DNA of 64,000 nucleotides, from assembly GCA_963744515.1 (NCBI GenBank), contig CAVUTN010000006.1, positions 76,280-140,279 of the forward strand. The letters are read 5' to 3'. The notes beneath the pieces were generated by a model. It made no database searches, was not told where the DNA came from, and saw only the letters and a list, made by a program, of their open reading frames with translations. The position numbers and the translations under genes were made by a program. Origin of the DNA: an uncultured Actinomycetes bacterium. GTDB taxonomy: Bacteria > Actinomycetota > UBA4738 > HRBIN12. Numbering within the stretch: the stretch's first letter is position 1; every line of letters begins with the position of its first letter. Positions 20,612 to 30,176 of the stretch are shown here, piece after piece.

Positions 20612-20832
20612 CGCACCGGCTTGTCCTGATGTCGTGACTCGCCGGTCCGGACCCTATCGTGTGAGGGGCGGCGGGGAAGGGTCGATCGGACGCGCTGCAA
20701 CGGGACCATCTCCGACGACACCCGAATGCGCATGCCCCTCCAGATGGAAGGCTGAATCCCGTTGTGGCTCGAAACAATCTCATACACCCTTTCGCGGCAA
20801 CACGCCACACGAATCGGTTGTCAGTCGACCTA
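20612..20832 (-). ncRNA. candidate structured cis-regulatory leader, copy B (unclassified)
   Basis: Spacer 5' of 20554. It carries the same 22-nt core (20732-20753) and the same closing helix as copy A, with compensatory changes. Confidence 0.45.
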
Positions 20833-21050
20833 ATGCAACAGTGTTCATGCGTTTGCCCACCTCCCAGATGCAAGCCCATCACCCGAGCGTTGAAAGCGCC
20901 GGTCCGGCAGGTCTGCCGCGCGGTCGGGACCGTCAGCCTCATCGAGCACAACTTGGACACAGACCTGACTCAGCCCACGGCTCGCCGCCCTGTTCGTTCT
21001 GCTCGAGCACTGAAATCGCCGGCGAGGACCCGACGTGCCATGATGAGCGC

Positions 21051-21272
21051 ATGAGCGATGACCTCGTGTCGGTGCTGTGGACCTCATCTTTGGTCGAGGC
21101 GGAGATCGCGAAGGGTCGGCTCGAAGCGGAGAGCATCCCCGTCCAACTGAGAGGAGAGGGCGCCGACGCCCCCGTCCCGGTGGGTCCGGCCGAACTGCTC
21201 GTTCCACCGAGGTTCGAGGAGGAGGCGCGCCGCATCCTCGCGCAGGACGAAGACGGCTCCGATCGGTCCTGA
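21051..21272 (+). CDS. DUF2007-like small protein
   Basis: C-terminal 73 aa of track ORF 20547..21272 from ATG 21051: MSDDLVSVLWTSSLVEAEIAKGRLEAESIPVQLRGEG..., which matches the DUF2007 pattern from memory. Confidence 0.6.
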   Translation: MSDDLVSVLWTSSLVEAEIAKGRLEAESIPVQLRGEGADAPVPVGPAELLVPPRFEEEARRILAQDEDGSDRS

Positions 21273-21374
21273 GATGGGCCCACCCTCCACCCGCCAATGG
21301 TGGTCCGGTCGCTATCGCGTTCGTACTCGCGAGGCTCGGGCTACCCGGGTCATGACCGACGGTAAGGTGATGCG

Positions 21375-21725
21375 ATGGACTTCGATGAGACTCTCCGCGA
21401 GCGCGGCTTCGAACCCGCCACGGGCAGGACGCCGCGCGGTGTCCGCGTCTGGAACGCACACCCGAACCCCTACCTGACGTACACGGTCCAGGCGTTCGAG
21501 GATGGGTCGGCCTTGTTCTCGTTCGAGTTTGCTCTCGGCACCTACCTCGCCACCAAAGGCATCCAGGTCGGATCGGATGAGGAGTTGAACCAGTTTGCCT
21601 ACCCACGCCAGGACATTCGCGGGCCACAGGATGGCGCTTGGCTCGCGTCGGCGATTGAACAGGCCGAGGGACTACTCGCGGACGTCCGTCTGGACCGGCC
21701 TAATGAGCGGGAGAGACAGATGTGA
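21375..21725 (+). CDS. hypothetical protein (116 aa); intact paralog of 12203..12391
   Basis: Track ORF. TAAGGT at 21363-21368, 6 nt before the ATG, suggests a leaderless transcript. Confidence 0.6.
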   Translation: MDFDETLRERGFEPATGRTPRGVRVWNAHPNPYLTYTVQAFEDGSALFSFEFALGTYLATKGIQVGSDEELNQFAYPRQDIRGPQDGAWLASAIEQAEGLLADVRLDRPNERERQM

Positions 21726-21887
21726 ACCGCAAGCCCAACCAGTTCATGTTCCCGCGCGAGGACGACGCGGGGTCGGCAGGACGGCACGTGGCTGGTGGAG
21801 TGCGATCGAGCGCGCGATCAGGCGCAGCTAGGGTCCATCCGGTTCGACCGGCCGACCTGAGTCGTCAAGGATCTCCGAACCTGCGCG

Positions 21888-21926
21888 TCAGCCCACGCGC
21901 TTCTCGTACACGTCCCAGCCTCGCCT
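21888..21926 (-). pseudogene. roughly 40-nt relic of a GNAT gene 3' end
   Basis: The minus frame ends ...RGWDVYEKRVG-stop, versus ...RGWDVYEKRLG-stop for the intact gene ending at 22161. The DNA is about three-quarters identical over about 38 nt. Confidence 0.4.
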
Positions 21927-21949
21927 GCCTCCGCGAAGGGGAGATCGCG

Positions 21950-22144
21950 GTGCAGGCGCGCGGCTACGACGACCTCCCCGCCGAGACCCTCGCTCGGTTC
22001 GAAGACGCTCACGTCGGCGCGCTCGAACCCGAGTCGCTCCGGACCGCGCTCGCCGCCTCCGTCCGCGCGCTCCTCGACGAGGGCGCACAGGCGCGCGTCC
22101 CGAACGCTCAGGTGATCGCGGAGCGTCTCGCCGAGCTCAGTTGA
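21950..22144 (+). CDS. possible 64-aa protein, unknown function
   Basis: GTG start inside track ORF 21722..22144. GC-rich third positions, no recognisable motif. Confidence 0.3.
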   Translation: MQARGYDDLPAETLARFEDAHVGALEPESLRTALAASVRALLDEGAQARVPNAQVIAERLAELS

Positions 22145-22160
22145 ACCAAAGTCGGTCGCG

Positions 22161-23096
22161 TCAGCCGAGCCGCTTCTCGTAGACGTCCCATCCGCGGACC
22201 GTGCGCATGCCCAGCCGCTCGTAGAGCCGAACGGCCCCCGTGGGGTTCGCGGCGTCGACGTTGAGCATCACCCGGGGCAGCTCGCGTGAGGCGAACGTCG
22301 CGAACGCGCGCCGCAGCAACGCCGACGCGATCCCGCGCCCGCGCCAGGGCTTCCGCACGCCGAGCTCGCCGACCCAGCCGCGGTCGCCCCATACGACGCC
22401 CGAGAGCGCCCCGACCGCCTCGTCCCCGTCGGTGGCGAGGAGCCACAGGCTCGGGTCGTAGCTGGTCGTCTCGACCTCGAGGCTCGACCACTCCTCGAAC
22501 GGGATCACGCGGTAGCCCCACTCCTCGCGGAACGCCTCGACGAAGATCGCATGGACCCGCGCCAGATCGCGTTCGGGCTCGATGCCTTGGATCTCGATGC
22601 CCGGAGGCGCCTCGCCGGGGTCGAGGGGCGATCCGTCGAGATCGAGCTGGAGGTGCCGGAACGATCGGACGCGCCCGAACCCACGGGAGCCCACCAACGA
22701 AGCGCCGGCCTCGTCGACGTCGGTGACGGCCGTGAACACGGATCCGGACCCCGGTGCGAGGCGCTCGGTCGCGCGTCCCTCGATCCGCTCGAGCAGCACC
22801 GAACCGAGCCCGCGCCCCCGGTGATCCGGATGCACGAGGCCCCAGGACCTGATCTTCCCGTCGCCGTCCGGAGCGACGTTCGCATGGCCGACGATCGTCG
22901 ACCTCGGGTCCGTCACGATCCAGGCGTCGTCGGACAGGTCGAGGCCCGGGACGGACCACTGATCGCGGAGGAAGTCGGCGTCGAAATCGGACTGGCCCGT
23001 ATCGGCCAGATCGTCGGCCAGCAGCATCTCGGCGACCCCGTCGAGGTCGTCGAAGGATGCGGGCCGGATCGCGTAGCCGTCGGGGAGCGAGCGCAT
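22161..23096 (-). CDS. tandem-GNAT acetyltransferase (MshD-like architecture)
   Basis: Track ORF of 311 aa with two acetyltransferase halves, each carrying an R/QxxGxG/A-type motif (HRGRGLGSVLL; WRGRGIASALL). Confidence 0.8.
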   Translation of the reverse strand: MRSLPDGYAIRPASFDDLDGVAEMLLADDLADTGQSDFDADFLRDQWSVPGLDLSDDAWIVTDPRSTIVGHANVAPDGDGKIRSWGLVHPDHRGRGLGSVLLERIEGRATERLAPGSGSVFTAVTDVDEAGASLVGSRGFGRVRSFRHLQLDLDGSPLDPGEAPPGIEIQGIEPERDLARVHAIFVEAFREEWGYRVIPFEEWSSLEVETTSYDPSLWLLATDGDEAVGALSGVVWGDRGWVGELGVRKPWRGRGIASALLRRAFATFASRELPRVMLNVDAANPTGAVRLYERLGMRTVRGWDVYEKRLG

Positions 23097-23146
23097 CCGA
23101 GGAGCCTACGGGTTGCGGTCGGGCGCCCGTCGCCGATGATGCCTCC

Positions 23147-24491
23147 ATGGAGACGGAGCTGCGGCCGCCGGGTCCGGATCTGTCCAAGCTCGCCGCGCTC
23201 CGCGCGTTCCGGAACGATCCGATCGCGCTCCTCGAGCGGCTGGCCACGTACGGCGACGTGGTCCGCGTCGACGTCCCGGGTTCGGCCGCGTTCCTGCTGA
23301 ACCATCCCGACCTCGTCAAGGACGTGCTCGTCACCGAGCACCGGCTCCTTCCACAAGGGACCGACGATCCGCGCCGCGAAGATGCTGCTCGGCGAGTCGT
23401 TGCTCACGAGCGAGGACGAGACCCACCTGCGCCGGCGGCGCCTGATCCAGCCGATGTTCCACCACGAGCGGATCGCGACGTACGCGGCGTCGATGGTCCG
23501 GTTAGCCGAGCGGGCCGCCGAACGCTGGAGCGACGGCGACGAGCTCGACCTGCAGGCCGAGATGTCGGCGCTCACGCTCGCGGTGGTGGGCGAGACGCTG
23601 TTCGGGACCGACGTCGACGCGGAGCGGAGCGCAACCGTCAGGCGAGCGCTCACCGACACGCTCGGGATGTTCGACCGGGTGTACTCGCCGCTGTTCCGAT
23701 TGCTCGTGCGGCTGCCCTCGCCCACGATGCGCCGCTTCCACCGCGTCGAATCCGACCTGAACCGGGTGATCGCCGAGATGGTCGCCGAGCGTCGCGCCGC
23801 CGGCGCCTCCGGGGACGATCTGCTGTCGCTCCTGCTCCGGGCGCGCGAGGACGGCGAGGGCATGACCGACGAGCAGGTGCGGGACGAGGCGCTCACGCTG
23901 TTCCTGGCGGGTCACGAGACCACGGCGATCGCGCTCACCTGGACGTGGTGGCTCCTCGCGCGGAACCCCGACGCGGAGACGCGCCTGCACGCCGAGCTCG
24001 ACACCGTGCTCCCTGACCGCGAGCCGTCGGTCGGGGATCTGCCGAACCTCCCGTACACGCAGGCGGTGATCTCGGAGTCGATCCGGCTCCGGCCGCCGGC
24101 CTGGGCGATGGGCAGGACCGCCTCGCCGGACCATCGGGCGAACGGCTACCCGATCGCCGAGGGTTCGACCGTCGTGGTCTCGCCGTGGCTGCTCCACCAC
24201 GACCCGCGCTGGTGGCCCGAGCCCGAGACGTTCCGCCCCGAGCGTTGGCTCGCCGACGACCCCGAGCGACCTCGGTCCGCGTTCATCCCGTTCGGCGGCG
24301 GTCCGCGCGTGTGCATCGGCGAGCCGTTCGCGAGGCTGGAGGCGGCGATGCTCCTCGCGACGATCGCGCGCCGATGGCGGTTCGCGAGCCGGAGCGACCG
24401 CGAGCCGGACCTGCAGGCCGTCATCACCCTGCGTCCGCGCGAGGCGGGCTGCCGATGCTCGCGCTCGCGCCGACGGACCGACGGGTCCTAG
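23147..24491 (+). CDS. cytochrome P450; +1 frameshift near 23349, C-terminus uncertain
   Basis: METELRPPGPD... joins track ORF 23382..24491. AGHETT (I-helix), ESIRL (ExxR) and FGGGPRVCIGEPFA (heme Cys loop). Confidence 0.85.
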
Positions 24492-25605
24492 CCCACGCGC
24501 GAGGGGGCGGCCCGGTCCCGAGCTCGGCGAGCAGCTCGAGGTACTCGCCCCGCTCGCGGAACGTCTCCTGCAGCTGCTGCGTGAGGCGCTCGATGAACTC
24601 GTCCCGGTAGGTCGAGTCCACGGCGGACGCCACGGCGTAGTACAGCGCCGAGAACGACGCGACCCCTGCCGCCGTCCGGACGAGCTGCTTGGTGATCTCG
24701 AGCTGCTCGCCGAAGAACGGGATCGTGAACAGCTCGGTCCCCGAGGTGCCGATCCAGCTCACGCGGATCGCGGGGGTGACGAGCAGCGCCCCGAAGACCA
24801 TGAAGAAGACCCAGATCGCGACGCCGACGAACACGATCTGCAGCGCCTGCGCGAGGAAGATCACGAGCCCGACGTTCACGCGCTGCCGTCGGCGGAGCGG
24901 GACCGCGAGCGAGCTGGCGCGCTCGAGATCGCGGACGCTCCCCGGGAGCCGGACGATCAGGAAGATCGCGGTGATCAGCGCGAACAGCCCGGCGCCCGCG
25001 TAGAAGGTCACGTTGCTCGCCTCGCCGAACAGCTGCCAGTACTCGTTGGTGAAGAACGTCACGAGCGAGAAGAACAGCAGGAGCGGGAGCGCGCGGACCA
25101 GCAGCGTGAGCGACGCGCCCAGCAGCTGCACGAACCGCGCGGCGATCCACCGCAGGATCGAGAACACCCCGAACCCGACGACGAGCCAGATCACGCCGAG
25201 CAGCAGCAGGTTGCCGAGCCCGGTGACGAGCGCGCTCGTGAGCTGCCCGCCGAACACGAGCGGGAGCACCACCGGGAGCAGGACGAACGCCGTCAGCTCG
25301 GGGACGCCGAGCTTGTTCGGGACCGAGAAGAACCGGCGGCCGCGCGAGACGTTCAGCAGCCCGAACGCCACGAGCACCAGGGCGACGCCGCCGAGCAGCG
25401 CGAGGACGTTCAGGGCCGGCGGCCAGTCCAGGTTGATCGCGCCGAGGATCTCGAGCACGAACACCACCGCGAGCAGCGGGATCGCCCGGTTGAAGACGTC
25501 CTCGGTGGCCGAGTAGTCCTCGGCCAGCAGGGGCAGCCCCGCGCTCCGGAAGCGGCGTTCGAGCTCGCGGATCCGGCGGTCGCGTTCGGGCGGCTGGTCC
25601 ACGAC
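24424..25605 (-). CDS. polytopic integral membrane protein, unknown function
   Basis: Track ORF 24424..25773; probable GTG start near 25605. At least 8 hydrophobic helices. The 3' end overlaps the P450 end by 68 nt, so one of the two ends may be shifted. Confidence 0.6.
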   Translation of the reverse strand, partial: VVDQPPERDRRIRELERRFRSAGLPLLAEDYSATEDVFNRAIPLLAVVFVLEILGAINLDWPPALNVLALLGGVALVLVAFGLLNVSRGRRFFSVPNKLGVPELTAFVLLPVVLPLVFGGQLTSALVTGLGNLLLLGVIWLVVGFGVFSILRWIAARFVQLLGASLTLLVRALPLLLFFSLVTFFTNEYWQLFGEASNVTFYAGAGLFALITAIFLIVRLPGSVRDLERASSLAVPLRRRQRVNVGLVIFLAQALQIVFVGVAIWVFFMVFGALLVTPAIRVSWIGTSGTELFTIPFFGEQLEITKQLVRTAAGVASFSALYYAVASAVDSTYRDEFIERLTQQLQETFRERGEYLELLAELGTGPPPRAWARTRRSVGASASIGSPPRADAG

Positions 25606-25654
25606 CGCTATCGAACCCCGCCGCCCACCGACCCGCAAGCGCCTCGCATCCGCG

Positions 25655-26914
25655 ATGGCAGCCGGTACGCTGTCCCGAGTGGGGTTCGCCAGCGCGCTCG
25701 TGATCTTCGCCCACCCCGACGACGCCGAGTTCATGTGTGGCGGGACCGTCGCGGCCTGGGTGAACGAAGGCACCGACGTCCACTACTGCGTGGTCACCGA
25801 CGGCTCGGCCGGCTCGAACGAGCCGGGCATGACGCGCGAGGCGATGCGGCCGATCCGCGAGCGCGAGCAGCGGGCGGCGGCGGACGTGCTCGGCGTTCGG
25901 AGCGTGTCCTTCCTCGGGTTCGTCGACGGCGAGCTGCAGGTCGACCTGGACACGCGCAGGGCCGTCACGCGGGTCGTGCGCCGGGTCCGCCCGGAGGTGC
26001 TCGTCGCGCCGGACCCCTCGCGGCTGTGGTTCGGGAACCGGTACATCAACCACTGGGACCACAAGCAGGCGGGGACGCTCGCGCTGTGCGCGGTGATGCC
26101 GGACGCGCCGAGCCGCCCGCAGTTCCCCGAGCTGCTCGACGAGGGCCTGGAGCCTTTCGAGGTGCCCAACCTCTGGCTCGCCTCCGAGGATGCCGATACC
26201 TACGTCGACATCTCGAAGACGCTGGAGACCAAGATCGAGTCCCTGCGCGCGCACGAGTCGCAGGGCGTGGAGGACGCGATGGACTGGGTCCGCGAGCGCG
26301 CCCGCGAGCTCGGCGAGGAGGGTGGGTTCGAGTACGCGGAGGGGTTCAAGACGTTCGACCTGCGCGACGAGGACCATGGACGTGACGGAGCCGGTGTGAT
26401 GGAAGAGCCTCTCGACGACGACGAACGCGAGACCTTCGGGCTCGAACCCGAGGAGGCGCAGAACATCCGCGCCGACCTCGAGGACCTCGAGGGGATGCGG
26501 CGGACGTTCCAGGCCCAGGGCGTCAAGGGCGTGGTGATCGTCTGCGAGCGCTGCGAGGAGAACCACTACTACGAGTGGGACCTGCTGCTCGAGAACCTCG
26601 AGCACATGCTCCAGACGGGCGAGTCCCAGATGCACGAGCCCGCGTTCGAGGTCCGCGAGGAGGAGTACATCCAGTGGGACTACGGCAAGGGCTACGTGGA
26701 CGCGCTCGCGGACACGGGGCTCGAGCCCGACAACCGCGTCGAGGTCACGCGGTGCCCCTGGTGCGAGACGCCCGCCGAGGCTCACTTCCGGTTCTGCCCG
26801 CGATGCGGCCGGTCGTTCGCGGCGGTCCGCGTCTACAAGGAGCTCGTCGACCGCGGCCTGGACGAGCGCGAGGTCCGCGCGATGCTCGTGCGAGCGGGGT
26901 TCGAACCCTTCTGA
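25655..26914 (+). CDS. PIG-L/LmbE-family deacetylase fused in frame to a Cys-rich zinc-ribbon domain (DUF5319-like from memory)
   Basis: Track ORF of 419 aa. N-terminal half: VIFAHPDDAEFMCGGT...HWDH (LmbE motifs). C-terminal half: VVIVCERCEENHYYEWDLLLENL...HEPAF...WDYGKGY plus CPWC...CPRCG. Confidence 0.75.
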   Translation: MAAGTLSRVGFASALVIFAHPDDAEFMCGGTVAAWVNEGTDVHYCVVTDGSAGSNEPGMTREAMRPIREREQRAAADVLGVRSVSFLGFVDGELQVDLDTRRAVTRVVRRVRPEVLVAPDPSRLWFGNRYINHWDHKQAGTLALCAVMPDAPSRPQFPELLDEGLEPFEVPNLWLASEDADTYVDISKTLETKIESLRAHESQGVEDAMDWVRERARELGEEGGFEYAEGFKTFDLRDEDHGRDGAGVMEEPLDDDERETFGLEPEEAQNIRADLEDLEGMRRTFQAQGVKGVVIVCERCEENHYYEWDLLLENLEHMLQTGESQMHEPAFEVREEEYIQWDYGKGYVDALADTGLEPDNRVEVTRCPWCETPAEAHFRFCPRCGRSFAAVRVYKELVDRGLDEREVRAMLVRAGFEPF

Positions 26915-26933
26915 CGCCTGCCGTTCTTGGCGT

Positions 26934-29434
26934 TCAGCGCCCGCGAGGGCGCTCGAGCACGCACTCCTCCGGCGACTTGTCGTCGCGCAGGCCCTTGAAC
27001 GAGGGCGCGCGCATCTTCTTCGTGCTCTTGGTGATCTCCAGGTACTCGACCTCGCACACGAGCTCGGGCTCGACGAAGGTCGCGCCCTTGACCTTGGCGA
27101 GCTCGGGATCGCCGATCGGCGGGGTCGGGCGCTTGAGTGGCTCGAGCGCCTCGAGGATGCTGGTCCAGCTTGTCGCGGGTGAACCCGGTCCCGACCTGCC
27201 CGATCCAGAGCAGCTCGCCGTCGTCGTAGGCGCCCACCAGCAGCGCGCCGAACGTCCCCGACCTGCCGCCCTGACCCGGCGTCCAACCCAGGATCACGCA
27301 GTCCTGCGTGTTGGTGAGCTTGATCTTGCGCCAGTCGGGCGAGCGCCGGCCGGGTTGGTACGTGGAGCCGGTGCGCTTGGCGACCACGCCCTCGAGCCCG
27401 AGCTCGCGGGCGACCTCGACGAACGCCTTCCCCCCGCCCTCGACGTGGGTGATCACCTGGAGCCGGTGGTCCTGCTCGACGATCGTCTCGAGCAGCTCGC
27501 GCCGCTCCTCGAGCCCCAGACCGGTCAGCTCGTGGCCGTCGAGCCACAGCAGGTCGAACGCGACCAGCGCGACCGGGATCTTGCTCGAGATCCGCTTGAT
27601 CTCGCGCTCGTTCGACAGGTTCATCCGCTGCTGGAGCGCCTCGAACGAGTTCTTCCCGTCCTCGTCGAACGCCACGATCTCGGCGTCGAGCACCGCGTTC
27701 ACCTGGTCGACGAGCTCGTGGATCATCTTCAGCTCCGGGTACTTGTCCGTGACGTCGCGCCCGTTGCGCGTCACCAGGTGCGTGGCGTCGGTCGCGATCG
27801 GCGTGATCGACCGGATCCCGTCGAACTTCGGCTCGAACCACCACGCGTCGTCGTCGAACGCCTTCCAGCCGCCCTCGGCGAGCATCGGCGGGAGCGCGGG
27901 CGGCGAGGGGATCAGCGGAGCCTCCTGGTGGGAGGCGAGGAAGGCGAGCCAGTCGGTCCGCGTCTTCACGAAGTGGAACTCGAGCCCCGGGTACCGGCGC
28001 CCGTGCAGGCGGAAGCTCACCTTCGAGTCGGTCCACTCGACCGGCTCGTACCAGCCGTCGTCGAAGATCCGCACCTCGCCCGCGCCGTAGTGGCCCTCGG
28101 GGATCGCTGCCCTGGAACGACCCGTACTCGAGCGGGTGGTCCTCGGTGCGCACGGCCAGGCGCTTGTCGCCGGACTGGGTCGGCAGTCCCCTCGGCACGG
28201 CCCACGAGGGGAGCGCGCCGTCACGTTCGAGCCGGACGTCGTAGTGCAGGCGCGTCGCGCGGTGCTTGTGGATCACGAACGAGTTGCCCTCGCCCTCGGC
28301 GCCGCCCGGGGGCGGCTCGGTCGTGCCCTCGGGCCCGAACGACCGCTTGCGCAGATACTCCGCCAGGTCGGGATCCTTGGAGGCGGCGATCACCTCCTCC
28401 GAGGTCCGGCGGCGCCGCGTCCCGCCCACCTCGATCGCCTTCGTCGACGGCAGTCCCACCGCCTCGAGCGCGGGTCCGAGCTCCTGGGGTGAGGTCCGCA
28501 CGCCCTCGAACAGGTCGCCCAGCTTCTCGAACCGTTCGAAGACGTTGTCGATCCGGAAGTCCTGCGGCGTGACGCCCTCGTCGACCTCCTCCCACCGCAA
28601 CGGCGTCGAGACCGTCGCGCCGGCCTCGGGACGCATCGAGTACACGGCGGAGATGTTCGCGCCCCGGCGGTTCATGTTGTGGTCGATGAAGACCTTGCCG
28701 GTGCGCTTGTCGATCTGCCACGCCATCGTCACGTGCTCGCGGTCGGCGCGTTCGATCGTCCGGCCGAGCGTGCCGACGAAGTCGCGCACCTGGTCGTAGG
28801 ACCAGCCGGGTTCGACCGGCACGTAGATCTGGATCCCGGTCGCGCCCGAGGTCTTCGGGTACCCCGTGAGCCCGAGCGCCCCGAGCGCGGCTCGGACGTG
28901 GCGCGAGACGATCAGGACGTCCTCGAAGCTCGCGCCCATCGGGTCGAGGTCGAAGAAGAAGTAGTCCGGCGTCTCGACCGTCGCGCACCGCGAGTGGAGC
29001 GGGTGCATCTCGATGCAGCCGAGGTTCGCGACGAACAGGAGCGTGGGGAGGTCGTTCACCATCAGGTAGCCGATCACGCCGTCCTTGCTGTCGTCGGACA
29101 GGACGGGGCAGCGGGCGATCCACTCCGGCGTGTGCGACGGCGCCGTCTTCTCGTAGAAGAAGGGTCCCTCGATCCCGTCGGGCATCCGCTTCATCGTGAG
29201 CGGGCGCTCGCGCAGGTACGGCAGGATCAGCTCGGCGACGTTGAAGTAGTAGGCGAGGAGGTCGCCCTTCGTGTAGCCCTCGACGGGCCAGAAGACCTTG
29301 TCGAGGTTCGAGAGGCGGAGCTCGCGCCCCTCGGCCTCCATCCACCACGCGTCGCCGCGTTGCTCGACCGGGAGCGGCGTCGGGAACTCGACCGTGAACG
29401 CGCGGCCGCCGGTGGCCTTCTTGCGCGGGGACAT
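26934..29434 (-). CDS. ligD: multidomain NHEJ DNA ligase D (Pol - phosphoesterase - ligase); +1 frameshifts near 28110 and 27165
   Basis: Start of track ORF 24488..29434 gives the primase-polymerase and FVIHKHRATRLHYDVRLE phosphoesterase domains. Track ORF 26833..28224 gives IPEGHYGAG and EPKFDGIR (adenylation Lys). The last 80 aa are in a third frame, ending at TGA (complement of 26934-26936). Confidence 0.9.
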
Positions 29435-29461
29435 CGCGCCAGGGTAGCCGTCAGGCTGCGG

Positions 29462-30029
29462 TCAGCACTGCGCGGCGCCGGCGACGATCGGGAGCGCGAC
29501 CTTGTCCGGGAAGAACTGCGCGAGGTCGATCGGGACGCCCTGGAGTGCCCCGGTGGCTTCGACCTTGACCCCGGCCGCCTCCATCGCGGGCGCGTCGGCG
29601 GTGCCGGTGATGCTCAGCTTGACCGTGTCCGTGAATCCCGCGCCGCCCGACCCGGGGATCGTGACCTCCCCCGTGATCACGAGGGTTCCGTTGCCTCCCG
29701 CCATGTCCACCTGCGACGCATCGATCGTGATCTCGACGCCCTGAACGGGCAGCTCGCCGGGTTCGTAGATCCACGTCCCCTCGAGGCCGTCGCAGGAGTA
29801 CATCGCGGCCCCGGTGGGGTTCTGCTCGCTCGTCAGGTCCAGCGAAACGGGGCCGTCGAAGTTGCCCCCGGCGGGTGTCTCGCCGGTCGGCCCGCGTCGC
29901 GGTCGGCCCGGTCGCCGTGGGGCCGGTCGGCGACGTCCCGCCGCCCTGGACCTCCGTCTCGCCGGTGGAGCAGGCGCCGAGGAGCACGATCACGAACACG
30001 GCGGGGACGACCCTGCGGGCGATACGCAC
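29462..30029 (-). CDS. putative lipoprotein; +1 frameshift near 29880
   Basis: GTG 30029: VRIARRVVPAVFVIVLLGAC (lipobox LLGAC), then a TGPTA repeats linker, then joins track ORF 29462..29803. Confidence 0.55.
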
Positions 30030-30176
30030 GGAAGGTTCGTACCCGAGGCAGCGGGCCGGGTCAAGCCTGCTGCGGGGCCCCAACCCCGGCCGGCGGGTGG
30101 GCGGATTTGTCCGCGGCGGCGACTAGAATCGCGGTCCCGAGCGTCGAGCGGGACGCCCAGGCACGAGGGAGCGCGC

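Noticed and set aside
19708-20832. The duplicated elements as protein-coding exons or as a MITE/IS fragment.
   Set aside because: Indels between the copies break every frame and only about 10 aa are shared. There are no long terminal inverted repeats or target duplications, only a 6-bp closing helix. No transposase gene is adjacent.
24424-24491. A 68-nt convergent overlap between the P450 and the membrane-protein gene as a functional antisense overlap.
   Set aside because: The P450 C-terminus reads better in another frame (RPR-GGLPMLAL...), so the overlap is probably produced by indels near 24440.
24488-29434. Very long track ORFs (24488..29434 minus, 1648 aa; 51671..54679 minus; 33784..36687 minus; 34053..37154 plus; 7527..10046 plus; 45484..47385 minus; and others).
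   Set aside because: Most of their length is Arg/Pro/Gly/Ala-rich low-complexity translation, antisense or out of frame to well-conserved genes. Stop-free frames are expected at about 70% GC. Only the segments that match recognisable proteins were used.
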